A stretch of 46,687 nucleotides of DNA from Desulfomonilia bacterium (GCA_050014195.1 JBEKDT010000023.1:1-46687), one strand, 5' to 3'. Shown: positions 18,873 to 28,297, numbered from the stretch's first letter. Notes: generated by a model from the sequence alone, not told the origin. Program-made: numbers and translations.

Positions 18873-19721
18873 ATGATCTCATACGAGAAACCCATAACAG
18901 ACCTCATCAGGATCAGACGGTCATGGAGGAGCTACCGGGAAGAGCCTGTCAATAAGGATAATAAGGAGAAGATTCGCACATTCATTTCCGGACTCGACAA
19001 CCCACCCTTCGGATCACCGGTAAGGTTTGTCTTTACCGATGCGAGGGGGCAGGGTCTTGGCAGGGTAAGAGGCACCTATGGGGTTGTTACCGGTGCATCC
19101 AGCTTTCTTGTAGGTGCCCTCAAACACTCGGGTAAAGCCTTCGAGGACTATGGCTACCTCTTCGAGGCACTCATCCTCTCCATCACCTCCCTGGGTCTCG
19201 GCACCTGCTGGATGGGCGGGACCTTTAACCGAACAATTTTCTCGGATATGGCGCAACTTAACGAAGATGAGATCATCCCTACGATCAGCCCTGTGGGTAT
19301 CATCGCCCAGAGACGTAATCTTATCGATACCATGTTCGTTCTCACCGCCGGATCGCGCGCGCGCAAGGCCTGGTCTTCTCTCTTCTTTAAAGATGCATTC
19401 AATTCTCCCCTTGGTGAAGATACTGCCGGACCTTTTGCGTTGCCATTGGAGATGGTCCGGCTTGGCCCATCCTCCTCCAACCGGCAACCGTGGCGGATTG
19501 TCATGAATGAACAAGGGTTCCATTTCTACCTTACAAGGACATTCGGATATAGGGTATTGTTTGGGAGTGTGGACCTCCAACGTATCGATATGGGCATCGC
19601 CATGTTCCATTTTGAGCGCACCGCCATTGACCTGGGCCTTCAAGGCTCATGGCATATTCAGGACCCCGGCCTCTCTCCCTTACCGTCTATGACTGAATAT
19701 GTGGTAAGCTGGGTTGCATGA
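18873..19721 (+). CDS. Nitroreductase family protein
   Basis: RRSWRSY, GTYGVV, GLGTCWMGG, RLGPSSSNRQPW, DMGIAMFHF. Confidence 0.88.
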   Translation: MISYEKPITDLIRIRRSWRSYREEPVNKDNKEKIRTFISGLDNPPFGSPVRFVFTDARGQGLGRVRGTYGVVTGASSFLVGALKHSGKAFEDYGYLFEALILSITSLGLGTCWMGGTFNRTIFSDMAQLNEDEIIPTISPVGIIAQRRNLIDTMFVLTAGSRARKAWSSLFFKDAFNSPLGEDTAGPFALPLEMVRLGPSSSNRQPWRIVMNEQGFHFYLTRTFGYRVLFGSVDLQRIDMGIAMFHFERTAIDLGLQGSWHIQDPGLSPLPSMTEYVVSWVA

Positions 19722-20494
19722 AGGACATCTCTCATTTCTCCAAGCGCCATGATAAGAGATATATCCCTCCGAAGGGCTCAGGAAATTCGGAAATTATCTA
19801 CGGCAAGAATGCCGTTCTGGAGTCTATAAATGCAGGCACGAGGAAGTTCTATGAAATCCTTGTGCTTCCTCAGCATTATGATGAGATCGTAGAGTCATCG
19901 GCAAATGTTCCCATACGGGTCCTCCAGAAGCCCGACCTGGACAAGATTACTGCCACAAATCATCACCAGGGTATTGCCGCTAAGGTCTCGACTTACCGAT
20001 ATGCCGAACTAAAGGATCTATTTCCTCTTCCATGCGTAGTCCTCCTGGATAATGTGGAGGACCCTCAAAACCTGGGTTCCATCATACGGAGCTCTCATGC
20101 ATTGGCAGGTGCCGGCATCGTCATACCGGAACACAGGTCAGCCCCGGTGACTCCTGCCGTGGTGAAGGCGTCATCGGGTGCAACAGAGCATGTAAGAATT
20201 ACCCATGTGAAGAACCTCAGGGCCGCAGCACAGGAACTGAAGAAGAACGGATTCTGGATCGTCGGACTGGAGGCCCATGCACAGGAGGATATCAGCAGAA
20301 CTCCCACGTTTGATAAGCTCGCCCTTGTGCTCGGAGGTGAGGACAGCGGTATCAGACCGGTCATGACCTCAGAACTGGACCTTACTGTGCGCATCCCCAT
20401 GAGAGGCGGATTCAACTCTTTGAACGTCTCCCAGGCTGCGACCATTGCGCTATATGAGCTGGTGGCAAGGGTTAAAAGAGATAACGATCGTTAA
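19718..20494 (+). CDS. rlmB: 23S rRNA (G2251-2'-O)-methyltransferase, SPOUT/TrmH family
   Basis: IYGKNAV, HQGIAA, LDNVEDPQNLGSIIRS, KASSGA, IPMRGGFNSLNVS. Confidence 0.92.
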   Translation: MKDISHFSKRHDKRYIPPKGSGNSEIIYGKNAVLESINAGTRKFYEILVLPQHYDEIVESSANVPIRVLQKPDLDKITATNHHQGIAAKVSTYRYAELKDLFPLPCVVLLDNVEDPQNLGSIIRSSHALAGAGIVIPEHRSAPVTPAVVKASSGATEHVRITHVKNLRAAAQELKKNGFWIVGLEAHAQEDISRTPTFDKLALVLGGEDSGIRPVMTSELDLTVRIPMRGGFNSLNVSQAATIALYELVARVKRDNDR

Positions 20495-20507
20495 GGGGAA
20501 AACATTC

Positions 20508-20936
20508 ATGTCAGATACCTCCATAAACCTTGAACAGCTGAAGAAATACTTTTCAAAAGACGCCTTTGCAGAGCTCTGCGGTATCGAGATCTGTGATGCA
20601 GGGCCTGGATATGCGAAGACCAGGCTTTTGGTAGACAAGAGACATCTCAACGGCATCAATGTGGCCCATGGAGGTATCGTGTTCACCCTGGCCGATATGG
20701 CATTTGCAGCCGCGGCACACACGAGAGGCATGTCTGCAGTGGCAATAAACACCACCATCTCCTTTATAAAGGCCGGCAAGACCTCTGCACTCTATGCAGA
20801 GGCCCGGGAGGTATCCAGAAACAGGAGGCTCGCCACCTATACGGTGAAGGTGACAGATGGTTCGGGTGAGGTTATTGCACTCTTCCAAGGAACGGCATAC
20901 ATAAGGGCAGAGTCGATTCACAAAGACATCGCCTGA
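20508..20936 (+). CDS. PaaI family hotdog thioesterase
   Basis: DAFAELCGI, HLNGINVAHGGIVFTLADMAFA. Confidence 0.9.
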   Translation: MSDTSINLEQLKKYFSKDAFAELCGIEICDAGPGYAKTRLLVDKRHLNGINVAHGGIVFTLADMAFAAAAHTRGMSAVAINTTISFIKAGKTSALYAEAREVSRNRRLATYTVKVTDGSGEVIALFQGTAYIRAESIHKDIA

Positions 20937-20960
20937 TTCTCATTTTACCCTGGGACATCA

Positions 20961-20998
20961 TAGAAGATCCGTCAGCTTTGTAGCTGACGGATCTTCTA
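20961..20998. terminator. Bidirectional hairpin between convergent operons
   Basis: TAGAAGATCCGTCAGCT-ttgt-AGCTGACGGATCTTCTA, perfect 17-bp arms. Confidence 0.75.
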
Positions 20999-21047
20999 AA
21001 ATTTTTATGGTATGGTAATGAAGAGAGAATTTCCTTCTCAATTCTTA

Positions 21048-21284
21048 CTATCCGGCAGGGAAGAGATTCTTAAGCTCCTTACGAATCGTCTTTAAGACAT
21101 CCTGCTTCTCCCGGTTACTCTTCTCGATCTTCTCGATTCTCTGGACAAGCTCCTCCACCTTCTCATCGAGCGTATGTAATCGGGAGATAATTTTTTCGAG
21201 TTCCGCTACAATATCAATATCGGAAGAGATGCCTTCCATCAGCCCCAGCAGGTCTTTGACCTTCTTGGATGTATCAGGATCCAT
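21048..21284 (-). CDS. Small coiled-coil protein, 78 aa
   Basis: ATG 21284 with SD GAGGTG, overlapping the end of the upstream gene; heptad pattern LHTLDEKVEELVQRIEKIEK. Confidence 0.65.
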   Translation of the reverse strand: MDPDTSKKVKDLLGLMEGISSDIDIVAELEKIISRLHTLDEKVEELVQRIEKIEKSNREKQDVLKTIRKELKNLFPAG

Positions 21285-22041
21285 ACACCTCACGCTTGGC
21301 CTTGAGATGGATATGCGACAGGGATGAATACACCCTGTCGAGTGCAGTCTTGAGTTCGGCGATCTCATCTTCCAGCGGTTTTCTCTTTTGGTATTCTTCA
21401 TCGAGCTTGGTTTCCAGCTCATGAATCCTTGCCGTGCTGATACTCAGGTCCTTCTCGAGGATGGAAACCTTGACATCAAGCTTTGCCTTATTCTGGATGT
21501 CCTTAGAGAAGCGTACGAGCTTCTCCTCAAGGGTCTTGCTTCTTATAATTTCCGTATCGAAACCGATTGCCTTCTCATCGAGCATGCCCACTACATGTTG
21601 GATATAGTGGTCTGCATCTTCGAGCTGCTCGTTCAGGAACAGGATTTCGCGCTCCAGGAGCTTGTGCTCCCTTGCCGCCTTTTCAAGCTCGGCAAGATTC
21701 ACCTTGAGATTCGAGTTCTCCCGCCCAATCTCTTCGATGACCCGGTCGTGCTCCTTGAGCTTCCGGGCTACGTCCTTCTTCTCAAAAAGGATCTGGGAAA
21801 CCTCAGTATTCAGGTCCTCGATGGTCTCCACAGCCTTGGCAATGGCGGCATGGGCACCATCCTTTGCTATGATGGGGGATATGACCGATTCTCTAACCGC
21901 CGCCGGAGCCGGTGTGGCCTGCTCTTTAATCTCTTCCTGCGGTTTTATAAGTACGGGGTCGACATTCCAGGGCCTGTTGGGCCTGCGCTTCTGCATCTTG
22001 GGCATCCGCTCAGCAACACTTTTATCAAAACCGTCTTTCAT
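21274..22041 (-). CDS. PomX-like coiled-coil protein (putative ParA activator)
   Basis: SD GAGGAG; basic N-terminal peptide MKDGFDKSVAERMPKMQKRR, a Pro/Ala linker, then a long coiled coil; directly downstream of the PomZ-like gene. Confidence 0.65.
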   Translation of the reverse strand: MKDGFDKSVAERMPKMQKRRPNRPWNVDPVLIKPQEEIKEQATPAPAAVRESVISPIIAKDGAHAAIAKAVETIEDLNTEVSQILFEKKDVARKLKEHDRVIEEIGRENSNLKVNLAELEKAAREHKLLEREILFLNEQLEDADHYIQHVVGMLDEKAIGFDTEIIRSKTLEEKLVRFSKDIQNKAKLDVKVSILEKDLSISTARIHELETKLDEEYQKRKPLEDEIAELKTALDRVYSSLSHIHLKAKREVYGS

Positions 22042-22133
22042 AGATAACAACTCCTCATTTCAACAGATAGGCATCATGAAAGATCCAATACCTTTTAGGT
22101 TGAATCCGAGCACTACGTTAACCACAAAACCGA

Positions 22134-23093
22134 CTAAAAGACAATCGGGAGATTAGGAAAAACCTCCCGAATAAAATCATTAAGATCTGTTGAGCCCCGG
22201 TTTTTGGGCGCATACTGTGTAATTGGCACCCCTACGCTCGCCGCTTCGGCGATTTTTATATCCTGGCGGATAAGAGTCTTCATAAGATAGCCGTTGTAAT
22301 GCGTCTCCAGAGCCTCCTTTGCCCGCTGACAGATATTGTGTGATGCATTATAGTTGTTCAGAAAGATGTAGATATTATCAAAGATAAACTCAAAATCTTC
22401 CTCAATGGTCGAGAGCGTCTCGAAGAGGATCTTAAGCCCATGGTAGGACAGAAAGTCCGCTAATACCGGGACAAAAAGATCGTTGCAGGCAAGGATGCCG
22501 TTGAGGTTCAGCAGGCCGATGGAGGGAGAGGCATCCATGACGATCACGTCATAGTCATCCTGGATTGCAATAATGCTCTTTTTCAGGCGCTGCTCACGGG
22601 CATTCATGGAGGTAAGCGCCAATTCTACGGGAGAGAGATCAAGGTTTGCAGGAATGAGCTTCAGGTTTTTCATATTCGTATCCAGAATGATGTCTTGGAT
22701 ATGAGTCTTTTCGATGAGAACATTATAGAGGGTATTCTCAAATGAATCGTGATCTATCCCGAGGCACTGGGTGAGATGACCTTGGGGATCGAGGTCCATG
22801 AGAAGCACCTGCATGCCGAGCTGGGCCAGCCTGAAGGCATAGAATGACGATACACTCGTCTTCCCGGTTCCGCCCTTGAAGTTGAGGAAGATCTGCCTCC
22901 TCTTTGATGTAACCAGTGGGGGCTTGCCAAGGATCTTGAGATACATGGGAATGTCGTGGGGATAATAGGTGCGCACCCCGTCTATGATCTGGGGTTTGGG
23001 AAGCTTTCCATCCGTCTCCATCTTCAGCAGGGTTGATTTTGTAATCCCAAGCAATGTTGCAAATTCTTTGGCTGTGTATACGGGTTGTTCCAT
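22134..23093 (-). CDS. pomZ: ParA/MinD ATPase with N-terminal HTH, PomZ-like
   Basis: Deviant Walker A NFKGGTGKTS, DLDPQG; segments RRQIFLNFKGG and NDLFVPVLADFLSYHGLKILFET match Myxococcus PomZ as I recall it. The ParA family call is secure; orthology is from memory. Confidence 0.8.
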   Translation of the reverse strand: MEQPVYTAKEFATLLGITKSTLLKMETDGKLPKPQIIDGVRTYYPHDIPMYLKILGKPPLVTSKRRQIFLNFKGGTGKTSVSSFYAFRLAQLGMQVLLMDLDPQGHLTQCLGIDHDSFENTLYNVLIEKTHIQDIILDTNMKNLKLIPANLDLSPVELALTSMNAREQRLKKSIIAIQDDYDVIVMDASPSIGLLNLNGILACNDLFVPVLADFLSYHGLKILFETLSTIEEDFEFIFDNIYIFLNNYNASHNICQRAKEALETHYNGYLMKTLIRQDIKIAEAASVGVPITQYAPKNRGSTDLNDFIREVFPNLPIVF

Positions 23094-23750
23094 TTATGAC
23101 CGCTCCATCATAATCTCCCACCACCCCTGCCATTTGGCGATAATCCATTCGAATTCCTCGGGTGAAGCACTAAGAGGCTCTCCAAAATCCTCACCTGTGA
23201 TCCTTTTAAGGGTCTGCACAGCCTGCATTCTCACTTCATGAGATGGATCTTCCAGGGCCTTGATTACCTGTTCCACATCATCCGGCGATCCCCAAATAGC
23301 CATGAGCCTCAGACAGTCTTTCCTCACTGATTCATCAGGGTCTTGGGTACAGAGCCTTGCCACCGAGCCAAGGGAGCTTTTGTCATTCAACCAGAAGAGA
23401 TAGCTGATAACCCTCCTGCGAACATAAGCGTCGGAGTCTTCAAGCCACTTGATACCATCTTCGGGTCGAAATGCTCCCTTACGGAACAGATAGCGTATGG
23501 CCCTGGCCCTCACCCGTGGATCTTCATCCCGGGTAGCTGCCCTGAAGATATCCGAGAAATCGGCGTCGGCGTCAAAGAGGATGTCATACACGACACCGGC
23601 TGTCGGTTTGTCCGCATCTTTCAGAACAGATGAAAAGACCTGAGCAGGGTCAGGGGTTTCTTTGAGGATAGCCTTTGCAGCCATCTTCTTGATTTCAGGT
23701 TCTGCATCATGCAGGTCTCGCAGAATCTGGTTCAATACAACGCCCTTCAA
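23094..23750 (-). CDS. HEAT-repeat protein (candidate minimal PomY)
   Basis: TTG start with SD GGAGG; repeats DEDPRVRARAI, DSDAYVRRRVI, DPDESVRKDCL, DPSHEVRMQAV; C-terminal LKRITGEDFG...WQGWW; its stop abuts the ParA ATG. Confidence 0.8.
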   Translation of the reverse strand: MKGVVLNQILRDLHDAEPEIKKMAAKAILKETPDPAQVFSSVLKDADKPTAGVVYDILFDADADFSDIFRAATRDEDPRVRARAIRYLFRKGAFRPEDGIKWLEDSDAYVRRRVISYLFWLNDKSSLGSVARLCTQDPDESVRKDCLRLMAIWGSPDDVEQVIKALEDPSHEVRMQAVQTLKRITGEDFGEPLSASPEEFEWIIAKWQGWWEIMMERS

Positions 23751-23859
23751 CGAAACCTCCTCTCCCTACGTATGAATATAAATGGGAAGGGCACAATCAG
23801 TCAAGCTTATCAAAGAAAAGGATTTTAACTCCTTGTGCCTCCATGATAGCTTATCCTCC

Positions 23860-26001
23860 ATGGGAGCTCTTATAGCCGATGTGGTCATTCTTTCAAACAT
23901 CCCAAAGGTGCTCTCTTATTCAATACCTAACGATGTGTCTCCAAAGGTGGGATTGAGGGTCGCAGCGCCTGTCAGGAAATCGACAAGGGTCGGCGTCATT
24001 ATCGGCATCAGGGAAAGCTCGGAGTCTGATGAGGGGCTTAAGGATCTCGCATGCGCCCTTGATGAGATCCCCTTTATAGCACCCGAGCTGATCGAGCTCA
24101 TCTCTTGGACATCAAAGTACTACCATGCAGGCATCGGCCCCTGCATGGCCCTTGCCTTTCCCCCATACCTCAGGCAGTGTCGCACGATTATACTTGATGA
24201 AGATCCGGTCATATTCAGGACCGACAGGGAAAATGACCGACTCGGCCCTCATCAGAAATCAATACTCGATGCCATTCCCAATACGGGCATCCGGATGAGC
24301 ACCCTCAAAGACCTCTTACCGGGGATCACCCAGAAGATAAAGGCTTTGGCCAAGCGCGGTTTTATAGAGCTCAAAGAAGTACCATGCAGCTCCGCCCCTT
24401 CCTGTTCTGCGACACCGGAATATACCCCGGACCAGCACAAGGCAATCAGTGAGATCACGCAAGCCATCAAGGCCGGGAGATTTCACGCCTATGTCCTCCA
24501 TGGGATTACGGGATCAGGCAAGACAGAGGTGTACCTTGCGACTGCAATGGAAGCCATCAAGCTTGGGAAGTCCGTGCTCTACCTCGTCCCTGAAATAGCC
24601 CTGACCCCGCAGACCATTGACATGGTTAAAAGCAGGATACCCCTTAAGGTGGCCGTGTTCCATTCGGGCCTCTCTCCAAAGGATCGTGCCAGGGAATTCA
24701 TGAAGGTGGCACGTGAAGGCGTGAAATTCGTCCTGGGCACCCGCTCCGCTATCTTTTCACCATTAAGGGAGATCGGCCTTATCGTGGTGGACGAGGAACA
24801 TGACAGTAGCTACAAGCAGGAAGACGGCGTTCCCTACAACGCCCGGGACCTGAGCCTCTTGCGGGCAAAGAATAACTCTGCAGTGGTGATCCTGGGCTCC
24901 GCCACCCCGAGTATGGAGACCTATGATAGGACAAGGTTGCCCCATTCGAGTCTCATCACCATGACAAGCCGGATCGGCCCTGCAAAGTTGCCGGAAGTTG
25001 AGATCGTGGACATGAGGGGGATACAAGGGCCGCTGTCGGACAGACTCATCAGGGAGATGATCGATACCATTTCCAAGGGCGAGCAAGTGCTTCTCTTCAT
25101 CAACCGGCGGGGTTTCTCGGCCGCCCTTGTGTGCCCGGGGTGCGGCAAGGTCCTTAAGTGCAGCCGCTGCGACAGGAGCCTCACCTACCATAAGGCTAAG
25201 GGAAAGGCCTTATGCCACTGGTGCGGCTTTACCATGAATCTGCCCGAGATCTGTCCCTCCTGCGGTTGCCTTGACATGAAACCCATCGGCATGGGAACGG
25301 AACAGGTCATCCAGGCAGTTCAGAAGGTCTCCCCGGGCAAGCGTGTCCTTCAGATAGATTCCGATGAAATGACAACGGTAAAGAAATTGACAGCAGCACT
25401 GGATGCCATCAGGGCTGGAAGCGTTGACATCATCGTAGGCACCCAGATGATCGCCAAGGGTCATGACTTTCCCCTTCTCACCCTTGTGGGGGTGGTGTAC
25501 GCCGAGCAGCTTCTGTATATGCCCGACTTCAGGAGCGGCGAGCGGACCTTCCAGCAGATCGTCCAGGTGGCCGGACGCGCGGGAAGGCGCAAGTCAGACA
25601 CCAAGGTGATCATCCAGACATATGTCCCGGATCATCCTCTTATACAGTCGATTTGTGGGTATGACTATCAAGCAATGATGGAAATTGAAAGAGGCATAAG
25701 AAAGGCTACCTCCTTCCCACCCTACTCGCATATGGCCCGGTGCGTGGTCAGTTCAAAAAAAGACAAGACCGCACGGGAATTTTCCTTTCAGCTTGCATTA
25801 TCGGTTAATATCCCCGGGGTAGAGGCCCTCGGTCCTGCACCGGCGCCCATTGCGCTCCTGCGAGACCATTTCCGGTGGCATTTCATCCTTCGGTCAAAGA
25901 ATAGAGGTGCTCTTCATAAGGCCATTGATATTATAGAGCGGATGCACCAACCGCAAGAAACAGACCTCAAGATCGACGTTGATCCTTATTCGATGATGTA
26001 G
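23860..26001 (+). CDS. priA: Primosomal protein N'
   Basis: HGITGSGKTEVY, VPEIALTPQ, DEEHD, LGSATPS, four CxxC pairs, GTQMIAKGHDFP, QVAGRAGR, IDVDP. Confidence 0.96.
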   Translation: MGALIADVVILSNIPKVLSYSIPNDVSPKVGLRVAAPVRKSTRVGVIIGIRESSESDEGLKDLACALDEIPFIAPELIELISWTSKYYHAGIGPCMALAFPPYLRQCRTIILDEDPVIFRTDRENDRLGPHQKSILDAIPNTGIRMSTLKDLLPGITQKIKALAKRGFIELKEVPCSSAPSCSATPEYTPDQHKAISEITQAIKAGRFHAYVLHGITGSGKTEVYLATAMEAIKLGKSVLYLVPEIALTPQTIDMVKSRIPLKVAVFHSGLSPKDRAREFMKVAREGVKFVLGTRSAIFSPLREIGLIVVDEEHDSSYKQEDGVPYNARDLSLLRAKNNSAVVILGSATPSMETYDRTRLPHSSLITMTSRIGPAKLPEVEIVDMRGIQGPLSDRLIREMIDTISKGEQVLLFINRRGFSAALVCPGCGKVLKCSRCDRSLTYHKAKGKALCHWCGFTMNLPEICPSCGCLDMKPIGMGTEQVIQAVQKVSPGKRVLQIDSDEMTTVKKLTAALDAIRAGSVDIIVGTQMIAKGHDFPLLTLVGVVYAEQLLYMPDFRSGERTFQQIVQVAGRAGRRKSDTKVIIQTYVPDHPLIQSICGYDYQAMMEIERGIRKATSFPPYSHMARCVVSSKKDKTAREFSFQLALSVNIPGVEALGPAPAPIALLRDHFRWHFILRSKNRGALHKAIDIIERMHQPQETDLKIDVDPYSMM

Positions 26002-26013
26002 GGCCCTAAGTCT

Positions 26014-26124
26014 TTAAGGTTTCCTGTAGGAGAGCTTTCTGACTAGCTTCGCCCTGTCCTTGAGCTTTATTTTGAGATAGCATGGGCTCAAGATGAGGCT
26101 TTTTATGATCTCTCTCTTTGTCAT
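26014..26124 (-). CDS. Small basic protein, 36 aa (MTKREIIKSLILSPCYLKIKLKDRAKLVRKLSYRKP)
   Basis: SD AAGGAG 7 nt before ATG 26124; amphipathic basic helix pattern. Confidence 0.5.
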   Translation of the reverse strand: MTKREIIKSLILSPCYLKIKLKDRAKLVRKLSYRKP

Positions 26125-26203
26125 CCCTGATCTCCTTCTCATCATCCATGATGGGTTATAGATATATATCGGCAGATCTTGAGCCTTTCTGGAGTGGAGA
26201 TTT

Positions 26204-26398
26204 TTTATTGCCATAAGGCACTATGTTGCCGCACTGCTCCTGGAAGATAATAGGGTGAACCTGGGAGACATACAGGCCTTCCTGCGACACAGACGGAAGA
26301 CCACCACAGAGCTATATCTGAAATCGCTGAGAGCACAGCACAGCATGATTGCCACAATCCTGGATGAGAAGGGTTTGGTGCTGAATCAGAATACCTAG
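26204..26398 (+). pseudogene. C-terminal fragment of a tyrosine recombinase/integrase
   Basis: Manual translation FIAIRHYVAALLLEDNRVNLGDIQAFLRHRRKTTTELYLKSL...stop contains the box II pattern (H)xxRH...LxH...TT.xY; no N-terminal part or start codon. Confidence 0.8.
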
Positions 26399-26563
26399 GA
26401 ATACTAATCAAGACTTGATCATGCAGCTTCAGTTCATGAAATCGAATAAGATCTGATACTACCTGATAATGGGGAGATATTTAATCCTTATATACTGCCC
26501 TGAGTCGGTATAGTAATGATATCAGCGATAGGGTGACTTAGAATCCTTCGGAGGAGGTAGCCT

Positions 26564-28297
26564 GTGACTATTATCCTGCTAATTTTGACTGTCGTCTTGC
26601 TGGTCGCTGTTGTGGCTCTCCTGGCCATGCTTTTAAGGAAAGCGTCGCAATCCAATGTCTCCGGTCTTGCATCTCGCCTTGATGCCTTTGAAAAGGCACA
26701 GGAGCGTACTGAGCGGGCAGTCAGAGAGGAAGTGGCCCAGAGCAGAGATGAACTAGGCAAAGCAGCAAGAGAGCAGCGGCAGGAACTCACAGAGGCCTTC
26801 AAGACCTTCGGAGATTCCGTTGTACAAAGAATGATGGACGTTGCCAGCGTGCAGAAGGGGCAACTCGATGCTTTCTCCGGTCAGCTTGGCTCCTTCGCTA
26901 AAGCCAGTGGTGAGAGGCTTGATGGTGTTCGTGCCGAATCCGCAACAGGAGGGAAGCAACTTCGGGAAGAAGTTGTGACGATGCTCAAGAGCATTTCGGA
27001 GACGATGGCCGAGACGATGAAAGATTTGGCCGCTGCCGAGAAAGTTCAGCTTGAAGCGTTCTCAAGCCAGATCGCCTCATTGACAAAGACTAGCAGTGAA
27101 AAACTTGATGGCATCCGAACAGAATCAGCAACTGGAGCCAAACAATTAAGGGAAGAGGTCATAGCAGCACTTAAGGGGATCACAGTGGCCACTACCAAGA
27201 CAATGGGTGAGTTGGCCAATGTTCAAAAGGCCCAGCTTGAAGCCATGTCATCTGCAATTGAAAAGCTCTCAGGCTCAAATGAAAAGAAACTGGAGGATGT
27301 CAGACTCACAGTTGAAGCCAAGCTCCAAAGCATGCAGATCGATAATGCCAAACAGCTTGAACAAATGCGACAGACCGTAGATGAGAAACTCCAGGGGACG
27401 CTGGAAAAGCGCCTAGGCGAGTCCTTCAAACAAGTCAGCGAACGTCTGGAGCAGGTGCACAAGGGGCTTGGGGAGATGCAAACTCTTGCCACAGGCGTTG
27501 GTGACCTTAAGAAGGTACTCACGAATGTAAAGACACGTGGGACGTGGGGTGAAGTACAGCTTGGGGCGCTGTTGGAGCAGGTGCTCAATCCAGATCAGTT
27601 CGCTATCAACGTTGCTACGAAGGATGGTGGGGAGCGAGTCGAATTTGCAATCAAATTGCCGGGACAAGGTGCAGCTAAAGATGAGACCATCTGGCTCCCA
27701 ATTGATGCTAAGTTCCCAGTTGAAGACTATCAGCGTTTGATCGAGGCCCAAGAGAAAGCCGATGCCGAAGGGGCGGAGGTGGCAGGAAAACAGCTAGAGA
27801 ATCGTGTCAAGGCCTGTGCTGGAGAGATCTGCGAAAAATATTTAAATCCCCCAAAGACTACAGACTTCGGCATCTTATTCTTGCCCATAGAAGGTCTCTT
27901 TGCCGAAGTCATCCGCAGAACGGGTTTGACCGAAGTCATCCAACGGGAGTGCCGTGTGGTTATTGCTGGCCCTACAACACTGTGGTCGATTTTGAACAGT
28001 CTCCAAATGGGCTTCCGTACGCTGGCCATCCAGAAGCGTTCCAGCGAGGTCTGGAATCTCCTTGCGGCTGTGAAGACCGAATGGACGAAGTATGGTGATG
28101 TTCTGGACGCAGTTCAGAAGAAGCTGCATCAGGCATCAGACACAATCGAAAAAGCCAAGCAGAGATCAAGAGTCGTGGGGAGAAAACTCAAGGATGTACA
28201 AGAGCTTCCAGTAGATGAGGCTGCCGCCTTGCTTCCCCCAATTGTACTGAACGGTGATGCAGAGACTGGCGAGGGTGATAGCTTGGAAGTAGATTAG
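26564..28297 (+). CDS. rmuC: DNA recombination protein RmuC with expanded coiled coil
   Basis: N-terminal TM; TVDEKLQGTLEKRLGESFKQVSERLEQVHKGLGEM, KTRGTWGE, LPIDAKFP, LFLPIEGL, GPTTL, LQMGF; GTG start with SD GGAGG. Confidence 0.92.
   Translation: MTIILLILTVVLLVAVVALLAMLLRKASQSNVSGLASRLDAFEKAQERTERAVREEVAQSRDELGKAAREQRQELTEAFKTFGDSVVQRMMDVASVQKGQLDAFSGQLGSFAKASGERLDGVRAESATGGKQLREEVVTMLKSISETMAETMKDLAAAEKVQLEAFSSQIASLTKTSSEKLDGIRTESATGAKQLREEVIAALKGITVATTKTMGELANVQKAQLEAMSSAIEKLSGSNEKKLEDVRLTVEAKLQSMQIDNAKQLEQMRQTVDEKLQGTLEKRLGESFKQVSERLEQVHKGLGEMQTLATGVGDLKKVLTNVKTRGTWGEVQLGALLEQVLNPDQFAINVATKDGGERVEFAIKLPGQGAAKDETIWLPIDAKFPVEDYQRLIEAQEKADAEGAEVAGKQLENRVKACAGEICEKYLNPPKTTDFGILFLPIEGLFAEVIRRTGLTEVIQRECRVVIAGPTTLWSILNSLQMGFRTLAIQKRSSEVWNLLAAVKTEWTKYGDVLDAVQKKLHQASDTIEKAKQRSRVVGRKLKDVQELPVDEAAALLPPIVLNGDAETGEGDSLEVD

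Noticed and set aside
22134-23093. Plasmid or prophage type Ia ParA
   Set aside because: No parB, rep gene or iterons; host-like context; sequence and neighbours fit PomZ better.
26160-26200. Sigma28 promoter for the 36-aa ORF (GCCGATAT)
   Set aside because: The -10 matches but there is no TAAA -35 at the right spacing.
26205-26411. 68-aa minus-strand ORF
   Set aside because: Antisense to the integrase fragment.
26130-26560. att duplicate of the tRNA-Ser 3' end
   Set aside because: No copy of TGGCGGAGAGAG found by eye, so the left boundary of the island is undefined.
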